Source: an uncultured Nitrososphaerota archaeon (GTDB lineage: Archaea > Thermoproteota > Nitrososphaeria > Nitrososphaerales > Nitrosopumilaceae). From it: a DNA stretch of 64,000 nucleotides. Numbering within the stretch: position 1 is the stretch's first letter; each line of letters opens with the position of its first letter. Of the stretch, positions 41,715 to 51,396 are shown one piece after another. The notes under the pieces are model-generated. The model was not told where the DNA came from. It worked only from the letters and a program-made list of their open reading frames with translations, and made no database searches. Location: the NCBI GenBank assembly GCA_963824385.1, contig CAWGPD010000004.1, forward strand, positions 384,001 through 448,000, written 5' to 3'. Position numbers and translations under genes: made by a program.

Positions 41715-42396
41715 CTATGCTAAGACAGTCTTCGGTTATTTCAAATCTTCCTCTATAACCATCCCAGATCTTGTTTGCTTTAATTATTCTAATAGGAGAG
41801 TAAAACAATGGACAGTCTACAACAAATGTCTCAGCCTCTCCCCCTTCAAATGTTAAATTAAAACCATGTTTGGCAGACAATAAGACAAGTTGTCCTACAT
41901 CGTCTCTAGTTATTTCGCGCCCCAACCATGTTTCATCAAGTCCTGCTGAAGTTACGCTTGTTATAATAAACTTGAATTTAGAATCCAACAGTTCGTTTAA
42001 ATAATTTTTTTGATCAATATGCCAGAGCGGGGATAGTACTTTAAGATTCAGATTATTTCCAATTGTTTCAAACCGAATTCTTTGGTAATCACTAAACAAT
42101 CCCCCATGAACTATTCCATCTATTCCAAAATCCTTCTTTGCTTTTCCCAATAGGTTTTGTAATTCTTCAAGTTCGATTTTAGGATCAGTTGTATTTACTC
42201 TGCTTAGAATTTTAGGTATTTTCATTGCAGTAGATTGTAACGATGTGACTGAAATGTTTGGATAGTGTAAAAGATGGCTTTCTTCAGATTGTGGAAATAT
42301 TGAAGCAAGACATTCTATGCTATGACCCTCTTGCTTGGCTTTGTATATTGCATATGTACTATCCTTTCCACCTGAAAAAAGAGACGCTAATTTCAA
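41715..42396 (-). CDS. dph6: Diphthine-ammonia ligase (Dph6)
   Basis: SGGKDS PP-loop, SDYQ, PLW, EGGEAET; natural end EITEAVLA* after removing one base near 41728. Confidence 0.88.
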
Positions 42397-42421
42397 TTTA
42401 CTATCATACCTTTCAGGTCAA

Positions 42422-42535
42422 TTAATTTTTTTCCAGTACACGTACTTGCTTCAGACAGTTAGTACATAGTGAAAGATGGTCCTTTAGCGTAGTTTCAACG
42501 TTGGATGCCAGACAAACATGACAGAGTCCTTTCAC
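42422..42535 (-). CDS. 37-aa CxxC...CxxC zinc-finger microprotein
   Basis: GTG start; MKGLCHVCLASNVETTLKDHLSLCTNCLKQVRVLEKN. Confidence 0.6.
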   Translation of the reverse strand: MKGLCHVCLASNVETTLKDHLSLCTNCLKQVRVLEKN

Positions 42536-42588
42536 ATTGTACCCATACAAGTTGTACTGTATAACTAGTTCTAATATTTGAAAAGCCT

Positions 42589-42654
42589 GGATGCTTCAAT
42601 ACTCATAATCTTCATCATACCATCAGTTGGCTTTTCTAGTCATCATCAGCATCC
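42589..42654 (-). ncRNA. Box C/D guide sRNA
   Basis: GGATGCT-g-[C ATGATGA]-13 nt-[D' CTGA]-tggt-[C' ATGATGA]-12 nt-[D TTGA]-AGCATCC, perfect 7-bp terminal stem. Confidence 0.85.
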
Positions 42655-42659
42655 GAATT

Positions 42660-43073
42660 TTAATTCTTAATTCTAACTATAATAGTTCTGTCCATGACTT
42701 TCCAGTATTCAACGTCTGAACCCTGGGCAACTTTGTCTTTAATTTCGTCTTCAATTAGTTGTGCATCAAATACTTCAAAGGTTTCAGAGTCCATTATCTG
42801 GGTACTTACAGGTGTTTTTGAGATTATGGAGCCTACTCTTTTATCAATAAGAGGAACTTGAACTTGAGCACTGACTGGTGAGACGTGTGAATATTTTTTC
42901 TTGTCAAATATTCCAACTCCCACTATTCTTGCCTTTGCTGCACCGTGTTTACCTGGTTTACTTGTATCATATTCAACAATTCTACATGGCTCTTCATTGG
43001 GTCCACCTACTGGAAGTAATATGTAAGAGCCAATTTTTAGCGCACCAAGCTCAGATGGCTTACTCATTACCAA
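42660..43073 (-). CDS. eif5a: Translation factor aIF-5A
   Basis: Hypusine loop SKPGKHGAAKA. Confidence 0.97.
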   Translation of the reverse strand: MVMSKPSELGALKIGSYILLPVGGPNEEPCRIVEYDTSKPGKHGAAKARIVGVGIFDKKKYSHVSPVSAQVQVPLIDKRVGSIISKTPVSTQIMDSETFEVFDAQLIEDEIKDKVAQGSDVEYWKVMDRTIIVRIKN

Positions 43074-43155
43074 AACAGAATTTGGAAGAGTATATAACTT
43101 TTCTATTATTGTTTAGAATTACAAGTGATCTCTTGAAAAGAGATTCTCAAAAAAT

Positions 43156-43767
43156 CTATTTTATTTTCTCAATTACTGACAGATTGAGAAGAGTTGTCAT
43201 CCCAATTCCTTTTCTTTGAACCTCTTTTCTTGTTTTCTCACAATATTTGTTATCGGCCTGATGTTTGCTATCACTTGAAACTTCAAGAACTACCAAATTT
43301 CCCTCATATGGAAAAGTGAATTTTTGGGTTTGATTAGTAGACAGTTTGAGAGTTCCCATCTCTGCTCTTCTTACTCTGTTGCGCTTGGCAATAATAAAGC
43401 CAAGATCATCTAAATCAGATTGAGTGTCACCATATTCTAGATAGTAGAATGACAATAAATTCAAATTATGATCTGCTAATCTCTCAAAGAATTCGTCACT
43501 TTTTGTAAAAACAAATGTAGGAGTTTCTTGATTACATTTTTCAACTTCAGTCATAATTTGGGAACGATCTTTGAATCTTGCAAGAAGATACGTATTGGAG
43601 CGTGATGGAAAATATGCTCGACCGTCTTCTGAAAAAGTTGCAGTTACAAAATACATATTGTCGACAAGATCTGAATTTTCAAATGTATTCTTTAATGTAG
43701 TAAAGGAATCGTTTTGTAAATATGGTACACATACATATCCACCTTCAGCCATTTTTACCCCCGACAC
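43156..43767 (-). CDS. Hypothetical protein
   Basis: 203-aa ORF, no recognised motif. Confidence 0.7.
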   Translation of the reverse strand: MSGVKMAEGGYVCVPYLQNDSFTTLKNTFENSDLVDNMYFVTATFSEDGRAYFPSRSNTYLLARFKDRSQIMTEVEKCNQETPTFVFTKSDEFFERLADHNLNLLSFYYLEYGDTQSDLDDLGFIIAKRNRVRRAEMGTLKLSTNQTQKFTFPYEGNLVVLEVSSDSKHQADNKYCEKTRKEVQRKGIGMTTLLNLSVIEKIK

Positions 43768-43899
43768 ATCATCGAGACAATCAATCCCGTTTATATGTAA
43801 TATGATCAGCTGAAAAATTTAGCATCAAGATTAGAATTTTTTGAAAAAACATGGATTATCGATAGTTATTTAATACGAAAAAACTGCGTGAGAAACAGT

Positions 43900-44023
43900 C
43901 CCACGCTAGCTCAGCCTGGTAGAGCTTCCGGCTGTAGTGGTTGGCCATCGGCTAACTGTCATTCAGCCTATCAGGCTTACAGAAACCGGGTTGTCGCAGG
44001 TTCAAATCCTGCGCGTGGGACCA
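43900..44023 (+). tRNA. tRNA-Tyr(GTA) with 47-nt intron at 37/38 (43938-43984); CCA encoded
   Basis: Acceptor CCCACGC/GCGTGGG-A-CCA; anticodon CTGTAG|A; splice helix CTGT/ACAG; T-loop GTTCAAATC. Confidence 0.95.
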
Positions 44024-44061
44024 TCATAAACTTCAAAAAGTCATTACTCAAATAGAAAACC

Positions 44062-44568
44062 ATGTCAGATGATCAAAACTGGTCTACATTAGATGAGGTT
44101 GATCAAAAGATAATTAACATTCTTAACAAGAATGCAAGGACGCCATCAAAAGAAATAGCAAGTGAACTGAGAAATTTTGGAGTAGATGTATCAGACAGAA
44201 CAATTCGAAAAAGAATTGAAAGACTGGAGAAGAACGGAATCATAAAAGGCTACAAGGCAGTATTGAGTGGCATATCTTCAAATGATCTGTTTGAAGCATT
44301 ATTTCTCAAACTCAAAATAACAAGATCAATGGATACCATAACAGAATCCATAAAAAATTACGTCAAGACTTTGCCAAACTATCTCTTTGTTGCTACAGTA
44401 GATGGAGACTGGAATATGATCACAGTACTAAGAGTAGAAGGGACAGAAAAAACCCCATCAGCGCGAGTAGTAGAAAAATTCTCCGACCAGATTATAGATT
44501 ACAAGATAAATGGAATTCAAATCAAAGATGTGAATCTGCTTAACATGTCGATGTTATTACTTAATTGA
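44062..44568 (+). CDS. Lrp/AsnC-family transcriptional regulator
   Basis: LDEVDQKII..L..NARTP...RKRIERLEKNGIIKGY. Confidence 0.9.
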   Translation: MSDDQNWSTLDEVDQKIINILNKNARTPSKEIASELRNFGVDVSDRTIRKRIERLEKNGIIKGYKAVLSGISSNDLFEALFLKLKITRSMDTITESIKNYVKTLPNYLFVATVDGDWNMITVLRVEGTEKTPSARVVEKFSDQIIDYKINGIQIKDVNLLNMSMLLLN

Positions 44569-45305
44569 TTTCAGACAACTTAGCTGTATCTAGTGCATTT
44601 TTTAACTCGTTTATTGAAAAGGGTTTTTGAACAAACGCTGTTGAACCATAACCAATAGTACTTCGAACTCGCGGTGTTGATTTTTCATCGGCAGTAATTA
44701 ATATAATTGAAATATCCGGTTTAGCTTTTAGAAGCGTTTTTGCAATAACATCTCCTTTTAGGTCTGGCAATTCCATATCAAGTAATACAATCGGATTTTG
44801 CTTTGATTTTATAAGTGTCGAAACGAGATTAATTGCTGATTTTCCATTTGCAGTCTGTTTGGATATCATCATAACCTAACTGTTGGAGAAAATTTTTAAG
44901 TCTTAATAAAATTGCAGGGCTGTCATCAACTACAACAATCGGTCTTTTTTCCTCAATTACTTTTGGCGTATACCTTTGAGCAGATTCAAATGCTTTCATT
45001 GCGTCATCATAATGTCCAGTTCTTAGAAAACATCTTGCGGCACACTGATAGGCATAATTTGCATTAGTGGGATCCTTTTTTGCAATCTTGATATAGAAAT
45101 TAGCAGCTTCCAAAAGTTCTTCCTTTCTTTCCTTTCCCTGCTTTGATTTACATTCAGATGCCAGTATTAGGTAGAGTCCAGCTTTGTAGCTGTTATTTTT
45201 CATCTCTTTTTGGGCAAGTGCAGTAAACAAGTTGTGAGCTGCAGCACTCTGATCATTTTTAAGATAAGTGCAAGCTAGGTCAAATTTTTCCAAGTCTTGG
45301 TCCAT
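44561..45305 (-). CDS. TPR-like helical domain plus receiver-domain protein (apparent frameshift near 44855)
   Basis: Helical repeats, then IVVVDDS / VLLDMELPD / LITAD / KPF split across two listed ORFs. Confidence 0.8.
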
Positions 45306-45422
45306 TTCTAGAAATATACAAGATCCGCTTATAATATTTGGGATGTGTTAGAGGAAAACTCTTGACTTGAGCTGAGGAAAAGAGTAGATAAAACACGTAT
45401 TATAAACAAAAAAAGCAGTAAG

Positions 45423-46085
45423 ATGGTGAGCAAAGAAAATCCAGATGTAGGTATTTCTCAACCGCCAGTGAACATATTATTTAGTCCTCTAGATGTTTCA
45501 AAAAAGGATGTATGGAGTATAGATGTAATACGCATCCTAGATATTTTGATTAAAATTCTCAATCAGACAGATAAGAAAGATCTCAGAGTAGCAGGAATTG
45601 CGGCCTTGTCTTCAGCCATGATACACAGAATGAAGGTAGAAAGTATTTTTGCGCTACAAAAGGCAGCCATGGAGAAAAAACCTCTTACCCAAAGAGAAGA
45701 CATGGACATTGAAATAATTAACATGCCATACAGACACGAGTCTACATATCCAGTAACACTGGATGAATTGTTATCAGTTTTAGAAAATCTTATTGGAACA
45801 ATAGCAAATCCGCGTTCAAGTAGAAGACAACTTGAGTTTGAGCCAGTCCAAGCCCCCAATTTTGATGATTATTTCATCTCTCTTGAGAAGATCATAGGAC
45901 AATATGAAGAACTGATAATGAACAAAATTAAAGCCACAGGCTTTGGATCCTTTAAGAGTATAACATCGGAGTCTGAGCTCATTGATGTAATCAGATGTTT
46001 CTTTGCCATTCTCTTTTTGGCAAGGGATATGAAAGTAGACCTTGAACAGACTGAAGATGACATAGTAGTCTCTCTGATAAAATAG
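45423..46085 (+). CDS. scpA: Segregation and condensation protein A
   Basis: DVWSID, PVTLDELL, FFAILFLA...VDLEQ; adjacent to scpB. Confidence 0.85.
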   Translation: MVSKENPDVGISQPPVNILFSPLDVSKKDVWSIDVIRILDILIKILNQTDKKDLRVAGIAALSSAMIHRMKVESIFALQKAAMEKKPLTQREDMDIEIINMPYRHESTYPVTLDELLSVLENLIGTIANPRSSRRQLEFEPVQAPNFDDYFISLEKIIGQYEELIMNKIKATGFGSFKSITSESELIDVIRCFFAILFLARDMKVDLEQTEDDIVVSLIK

Positions 46086-46154
46086 AAATTTACAAGTAGA
46101 TCAACAGTCAGTAGGAATTTCATTTAAGTATGCTCCAACCCTTACTTGTTTCAT

Positions 46155-46736
46155 ATGGGAAAGATAGAAGATGATGAGGCAATGGCACGACTAGAAGCAT
46201 CACTATATTCAGCAGGAAGACCCCTAACCATAGAGGAATTGATAAGAGCATCTGGAACAGAATCCAGAACCAAGACTTTGGCCTTGATGACAAATCTTGT
46301 CAAAAAGACAAAATCAGCATTTCAAGCAATTGAGGTAGCTAGCCTACCAGACGGATCATATGTATTTCAACTAAAACCAGAGTATAACACAGTAATTCGA
46401 AAGTATGCATCAAAGCCACTTTTGCCTACTGCTACACTTAAGACATTATCGTATATTGCATACATGCAACCAGTCTCTTCAAAGAGGCTAGTAGAAGTAA
46501 GAGGATCTGGTGTATACATGCATCTAAAACTATTACAACAGCTGGACTATATCGAGCACCAAAATGTTGGAAGATTAAAGATTTACAATACGACTGAAAA
46601 ATTCCAGAAATACTTTGGCATTCAAGGAGACAAGGATCTTCTAAAACAGAAACTCTTTACAAAAGTAAGAAATCCAAGTCAGGTCCCAGTTGCAGAAGAA
46701 TCCTTACCTGCTGAACCCTTGACTCCAAGCCAATAA
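46155..46736 (+). CDS. scpB: Segregation and condensation protein B
   Basis: LEASLYSAGRPL, LKTLSYIAYMQPV, VRG, TTEKFQKYFG. Confidence 0.93.
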   Translation: MGKIEDDEAMARLEASLYSAGRPLTIEELIRASGTESRTKTLALMTNLVKKTKSAFQAIEVASLPDGSYVFQLKPEYNTVIRKYASKPLLPTATLKTLSYIAYMQPVSSKRLVEVRGSGVYMHLKLLQQLDYIEHQNVGRLKIYNTTEKFQKYFGIQGDKDLLKQKLFTKVRNPSQVPVAEESLPAEPLTPSQ

Positions 46737-46800
46737 TCAAACCAAAAATAGCATCCCATACTGTAAATGGTATAAATTAGAGTTACTTTATCGAATCAAC

Positions 46801-47181
46801 ATGAAGAAATCTGTGGAAAATCTTGCTACAAGTAAGATTACTGGTGGAAGAAGATATCCTCTACGATCAAGACGAAAATATGAAATCGACAGATATTCTG
46901 TAGAAGCAATTAAAGGAGAACAGGTAACCATATCGCGAAAGACTCGGGGAGGAAATCAAAAAACATCATTGAAGACCACAGATGTTGTAAATTTATCAGT
47001 TCCAGGTTCCAAGGTCAAGAAATTAAAAATTCTCAAGGTGTTAAAGAATTCATCAAACAAAGATTATGAAAGACGCGGAGTAATTTCAAAAGGAGCAATA
47101 TTAGAAACAGAAGCAGGTCAGTGCAGAGTGATTTCTAGACCTGGTCAAGATGGCGCAGTTAATGCAATCTTGATAAAGTGA
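46801..47181 (+). CDS. rps8e: 30S ribosomal protein S8e
   Basis: TGGR, RGGN.K, SRPGQDG. Confidence 0.96.
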   Translation: MKKSVENLATSKITGGRRYPLRSRRKYEIDRYSVEAIKGEQVTISRKTRGGNQKTSLKTTDVVNLSVPGSKVKKLKILKVLKNSSNKDYERRGVISKGAILETEAGQCRVISRPGQDGAVNAILIK

Positions 47182-47185
47182 TAAG

Positions 47186-47485
47186 ATGAAGGATTACGAA
47201 CACGTCGTAGTCTGGCTGGATTATTTTAATAAAACCATTACAAAGAAAATGGGTAGACGTGTATCCCGTGAAAAGAGCATCTTTGATCCATCATTAAATG
47301 AATTAATATCCGCTGCCAAAGCTGCAGGGCTTGAGCCAACTGAGACAAATGATCAAGTTAGATTTCCAAGAAGACCGTATGTCAGGTCTGGATATATCAC
47401 ACTTGTTAAGGCTCAGCCAAAATCAAAAATAATTTCTGCAATTTCTGAAAAACTAGTTTCAAGAAGAGCAAAGCAGACCAAGTAA
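47186..47485 (+). CDS. srp19: Signal recognition particle 19 kDa protein
   Basis: VVWLDYFN...GRRV...P...FPR. Confidence 0.92.
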   Translation: MKDYEHVVVWLDYFNKTITKKMGRRVSREKSIFDPSLNELISAAKAAGLEPTETNDQVRFPRRPYVRSGYITLVKAQPKSKIISAISEKLVSRRAKQTK

Positions 47486-47547
47486 ATAGTGTTTATAGCT
47501 TGAAGCTAAAGTAATTTTGACAGAACTCTATTGATAACAGTATTTGA

Positions 47548-47832
47548 TTGAGAATTCAATTGCAGGAGGTAGGCGAAGTATTGCATCTAGCGAGTAGCGG
47601 TAGAGTCATCATTAGGCTCACAAAACATCTAAGAGATAACCAGATAGTCGTAGACAACTCTGGAGTCAAAATCGCCAAAGTGTCAGAAATGATAGGTCCT
47701 GTTGATGCACCATATGCTTCAGCGGTTCCGCTTACCAACAATATCAAAAAATACATTGGGAAAAAAGTTTTCATCGTCGAAGAATCTCCTGTGATGAGAC
47801 CCAAAAGATTCAAAGGAAATAGAAGAAGATGA
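47548..47832 (+). CDS. gar1: H/ACA RNP component Gar1/Naf1
   Basis: VGEVLHLA, IGPVDAPY. Confidence 0.85.
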   Translation: MRIQLQEVGEVLHLASSGRVIIRLTKHLRDNQIVVDNSGVKIAKVSEMIGPVDAPYASAVPLTNNIKKYIGKKVFIVEESPVMRPKRFKGNRRR

Positions 47833-48788
47833 CCATGACAGAACTACAAACAAATTGCCCAGAATGTCATTCCAATTTAATTGACGACATTCACAACGGG
47901 GAGAAGATTTGTTCTGGCTGCGGATTGGTCGCAATGGAACAGATGCCAGATTACGGGCACGAATCAAGAGCAACAAATCCAGAAGACAAGATGAAGTTGA
48001 CACGAGCATCAGGACAGACAAGTTATGCACAACATGACTTGGGAATTAGAACAGAGATTGCCATGGGAACAAAAGACTTCAGTGGAAGAACAATATCAAG
48101 CGACATGGCAAATCAGATGTACAACCTAAGAAAGTGGCAGACTAGAATCAGAGTTGCATCACCAGAAGAACGACGACTTGCAAACATTTTAGCAAAGATA
48201 GGCGAAACATGTCATGCCCTGTCATTGCCAAGAAATGTAATCGAGTCGGCATCTATGATATACAGAAACTTTCAGGGACAAGCAGACGCAAAAGGTAAGT
48301 CAGTTGCATGCATGTCAGCTGCAACAATTTACATGGCATGCAAACAATGCGATGTTGTAAGATCCCTTGATGAGATCTGTGCTGCAACAGGAAGTTCAAA
48401 AGAAGAAAAGCTCAATGTCAAACTAACGGCAAAATACTATAGAACACTTGTGATGGAACTGGGTTCTACAACAGCACCAGTAGTAACTCTTGAAAAATAC
48501 ATATCAAAAATAGCAAATCTGGCAAAACTTGAAGTTCGTGTAGAAAGACTTGCTGCAGAAATTGCAGAAAAAACATCTGACCACAGTCTTGCCGACGGAA
48601 AAGCTCCAAACGGATTGGCTGCTGCCTATCTATACATAGCATCAACTCTCCTTGGACAGAGCATCCTTCAAAGAGATGTCTCAAGTGTAGCAGGAATAAC
48701 TGAGGTCACTATTAGAAACAGATGCAAGGAAATTCTCACAGCCTACAAGATCAAAGTGACATTACGACAATCGCTAGTCAAGAACTAA
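47829..48788 (+). CDS. tfb: Transcription initiation factor IIB (TFB)
   Basis: Zn ribbon CPEC...CSGCG, LRKWQ, GKAPNGLAAA, TEVTIRNR. Confidence 0.96.
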   Translation: MTMTELQTNCPECHSNLIDDIHNGEKICSGCGLVAMEQMPDYGHESRATNPEDKMKLTRASGQTSYAQHDLGIRTEIAMGTKDFSGRTISSDMANQMYNLRKWQTRIRVASPEERRLANILAKIGETCHALSLPRNVIESASMIYRNFQGQADAKGKSVACMSAATIYMACKQCDVVRSLDEICAATGSSKEEKLNVKLTAKYYRTLVMELGSTTAPVVTLEKYISKIANLAKLEVRVERLAAEIAEKTSDHSLADGKAPNGLAAAYLYIASTLLGQSILQRDVSSVAGITEVTIRNRCKEILTAYKIKVTLRQSLVKN

Positions 48789-48828
48789 CCCTTTTTCTTT
48801 ATTTTTAATCTAGTCCGTTAGGATGACC

Positions 48829-49017
48829 TTATCCAGATATGGCTATTTTTGTCAGATATCCCGCATTTGTACGATAAGAAAGACAAGAGGTATGTTGGTG
48901 CCTTAATGTTTCTCTGCTACACATCTTGCATATTTTTTGTATCGTCTTTCTGCAATTACTACACCAAAGATGTTTTACAAGTTCTCCTCCACATCTTCTG
49001 CAACTCTCATCAGGCAT
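48829..49017 (-). CDS. Small multi-CxxC zinc-ribbon protein
   Basis: CRRCGG, CSNC, CKMC, HTSC. Confidence 0.7.
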   Translation of the reverse strand: MPDESCRRCGGELVKHLWCSNCRKTIQKICKMCSRETLRHQHTSCLSYRTNAGYLTKIAISG

Positions 49018-49203
49018 TATACAATCACACTTGTGATTACAAGATCTTTGCTTTTAGTAGAGTGTAAATAGATTTAGTAGTTCACCATATGAATCAGATT
49101 TTATTTTAAAATAAAGACCAGTATGATACTGACTAGAATATATGATAGAATAGGGTGTTCCCTATGAAAAAACTAAAAATAAAAAAGAAAAGTTGGTTGT
49201 TCT

Positions 49204-50413
49204 TTATGGGTATGCCCAGATCTGTTGTCCGTTGTATTTTATTTGAGCAAGACCTGCATAGTCCAAGTTTTGTAGGACACCTGGTAATGGAGCATAACCT
49301 AGTTTTCCTGCATATTGCTGGCCGTCGGATAGCATCCAGTAGAGCATGTAGACTAGATCATTTGCTTTTTGTTGACTCTCACCCTTGATCTGATCAAGAT
49401 TTGGATTCACCAGTAGATATGTGAATGATGAGATAGGATATGAGTTTGGACCCGCTACATTAGCAATCGACACATGACTCCAATCTCCGTCTGAAGTTGG
49501 CAGTGAAGATATTGCACTTGATGCAGCTGCTTCAACATTTGTCATGGTTGGTTGAAGAAATGCAGTTCCGTCAGCGTTTTGAATATATGCATATGGCATA
49601 GGAACTTTGCCCGAGCCTGCAACTAAACCTGCACCGCTGCCGGTATTAGTTGTCAAGAAGTTATGTGTGGCATATCCATATTCAACATATCCTAGTGAGT
49701 CAGGAACGGTCTTGACTACATTGGCAACTCCAGCATTACCTGAGCCTCCAATTCCTCCTTTCCATGGAACAGATGTTCCTTTTCCTACTTCTCCAGCCCA
49801 GTCATCACTGACTTTGCTAAGATAATCGGTGAAGGCATATGTTGTTCCAGAACCATCAGATCTGTGTACAAGAACAATCTTGTTTCGATCATCTTTCAAT
49901 GCTTGTGCAATATTTGGATCTGTTTGAAGACTTACTATAGCTGGATCATTCCAGGTAGTAATTTCACCCAGATAGATTTTTGCTATAACATCTCCTGTTA
50001 ACAAGAGTCCATTATGACGAACTCCTTCAAGATTGTAAGTCATAACTATCGCGCCCATTGACTCTGGAATAGTAAGAGTTCCTGGTGGAGCTTTTGCAAT
50101 TTGAGCTGTCTGCAATGGAGCATCAGTTCCTGCAAAATCTACCTTACTTGTCAGAAACAAGCTTGATACCAGCGCCACTACCTACTGATTGATAGTTCAA
50201 TTTGATTCCTGGGTATATTTGATTAAATTTAACTCTCCATTTATCCATTAATGGATATATGAAAGTTGAACCCCCGGAATTGTATTTGAATTTATCACCA
50301 TCGGCAGGTGGTGTCGGACCGGGATTTGTACTCTGTGCATGCGCACTAAGAACAGTTGTCGGTACTAAAAGAATTAACATTAATGTTAATCCTAGTAAGA
50401 CTTTTTTTGTCAT
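49204..50413 (-). CDS. pstS: Phosphate ABC transporter substrate-binding protein, copy 1 (apparent frameshift near 50160)
   Basis: Signal peptide, GSTFIYP, YQSVGSGAG, DFAGTD, RSDGSGTT, YPISSFTY. Confidence 0.92.
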
Positions 50414-50619
50414 TGAGCTGATCTAAAACAATTGGTATTTACATAAGATCGACATAGATCATGTAACTAACTATATGCTACATTGATTTGTGAAATTCAT
50501 TTGTATACAACATAAGTTATAGAATCACCATAGTAAGAGATTAAAACACATTTATTGTGAATGAAAAAATCCAATAATTTTTAGGTGTTGTTTTAGAATC
50601 GTACGACTTGCAGATCAAA

Positions 50620-51085
50620 TTAATGTATTATCAGTACTGGACAGGTAGCATTTTCCAAAATATGTCTACTAACACTTCCTAGAACTTTTTTTTCAATACC
50701 TTTGTGCCCTTGACTACCCATAACAATTAGATCAACATCATTTGTTTTTACAAAATCAAGTACTGCGTCTCCTGGTTTAGGCTGAGATTATCTCATAGTC
50801 TGCCTCTACTCCCTGTTTCCTGCAATATTCCACAGTTTCTTGAAGTATGTGATCTGCCTTCTTTGCTGCAACATCTACATACTCATCAAATGATTTATTC
50901 CAGTCCACCCCCTGAACCATTCCAAAAAACATGCCTGGCGGTTCAAGCACTGGCGTATGCACCGCCATAATAATACTAAACTCAGAACCAAAATCTTTTG
51001 CAAGCTTGAGGGCTTCATCAAGTGCCCTCTGTGCATATTTCGAACCATCAAATGGAACTAAAATGTGCGAATAAATTTTTGTCAT
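50620..51085 (-). CDS. Universal stress protein (apparent frameshift near 50780)
   Basis: ILVPFDGS; shifted C-terminus DLIVMGSQG...LGSVS...CPVLII. Confidence 0.88.
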
Positions 51086-51396
51086 AACGTATGTTGTATC
51101 CCAATCTATTATAGTAGATGAAAAATATCACGTATGAGAACTATGAGTATTATGAAAATATGAATAGATAATAATTTATCTATAGAAATCATATATGAAG
51201 AAAAATCTATGTAATTCAATCCGAGGCATAATACTCAGATTGTCAATTGAATTGTTAACAATGTATTGAACATTGTAATACCTTAGACACTAGATTTGCG
51301 GATTTATCCAATTGTAGCAACTTAAGAATTGATAATTTTAAAAAAGTACCGAAATAAACCAACTGTGGAATGATAATTTTAAAAAAGAAAAAGAGT

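Noticed and set aside
41110..42396. Apparent Dph6-SRP54 fusion protein in the ORF track
   Set aside because: Removing one base near 41728 gives a natural Dph6 end (EITEAVLA*) two bases before the SRP54 ATG; indel errors are pervasive.
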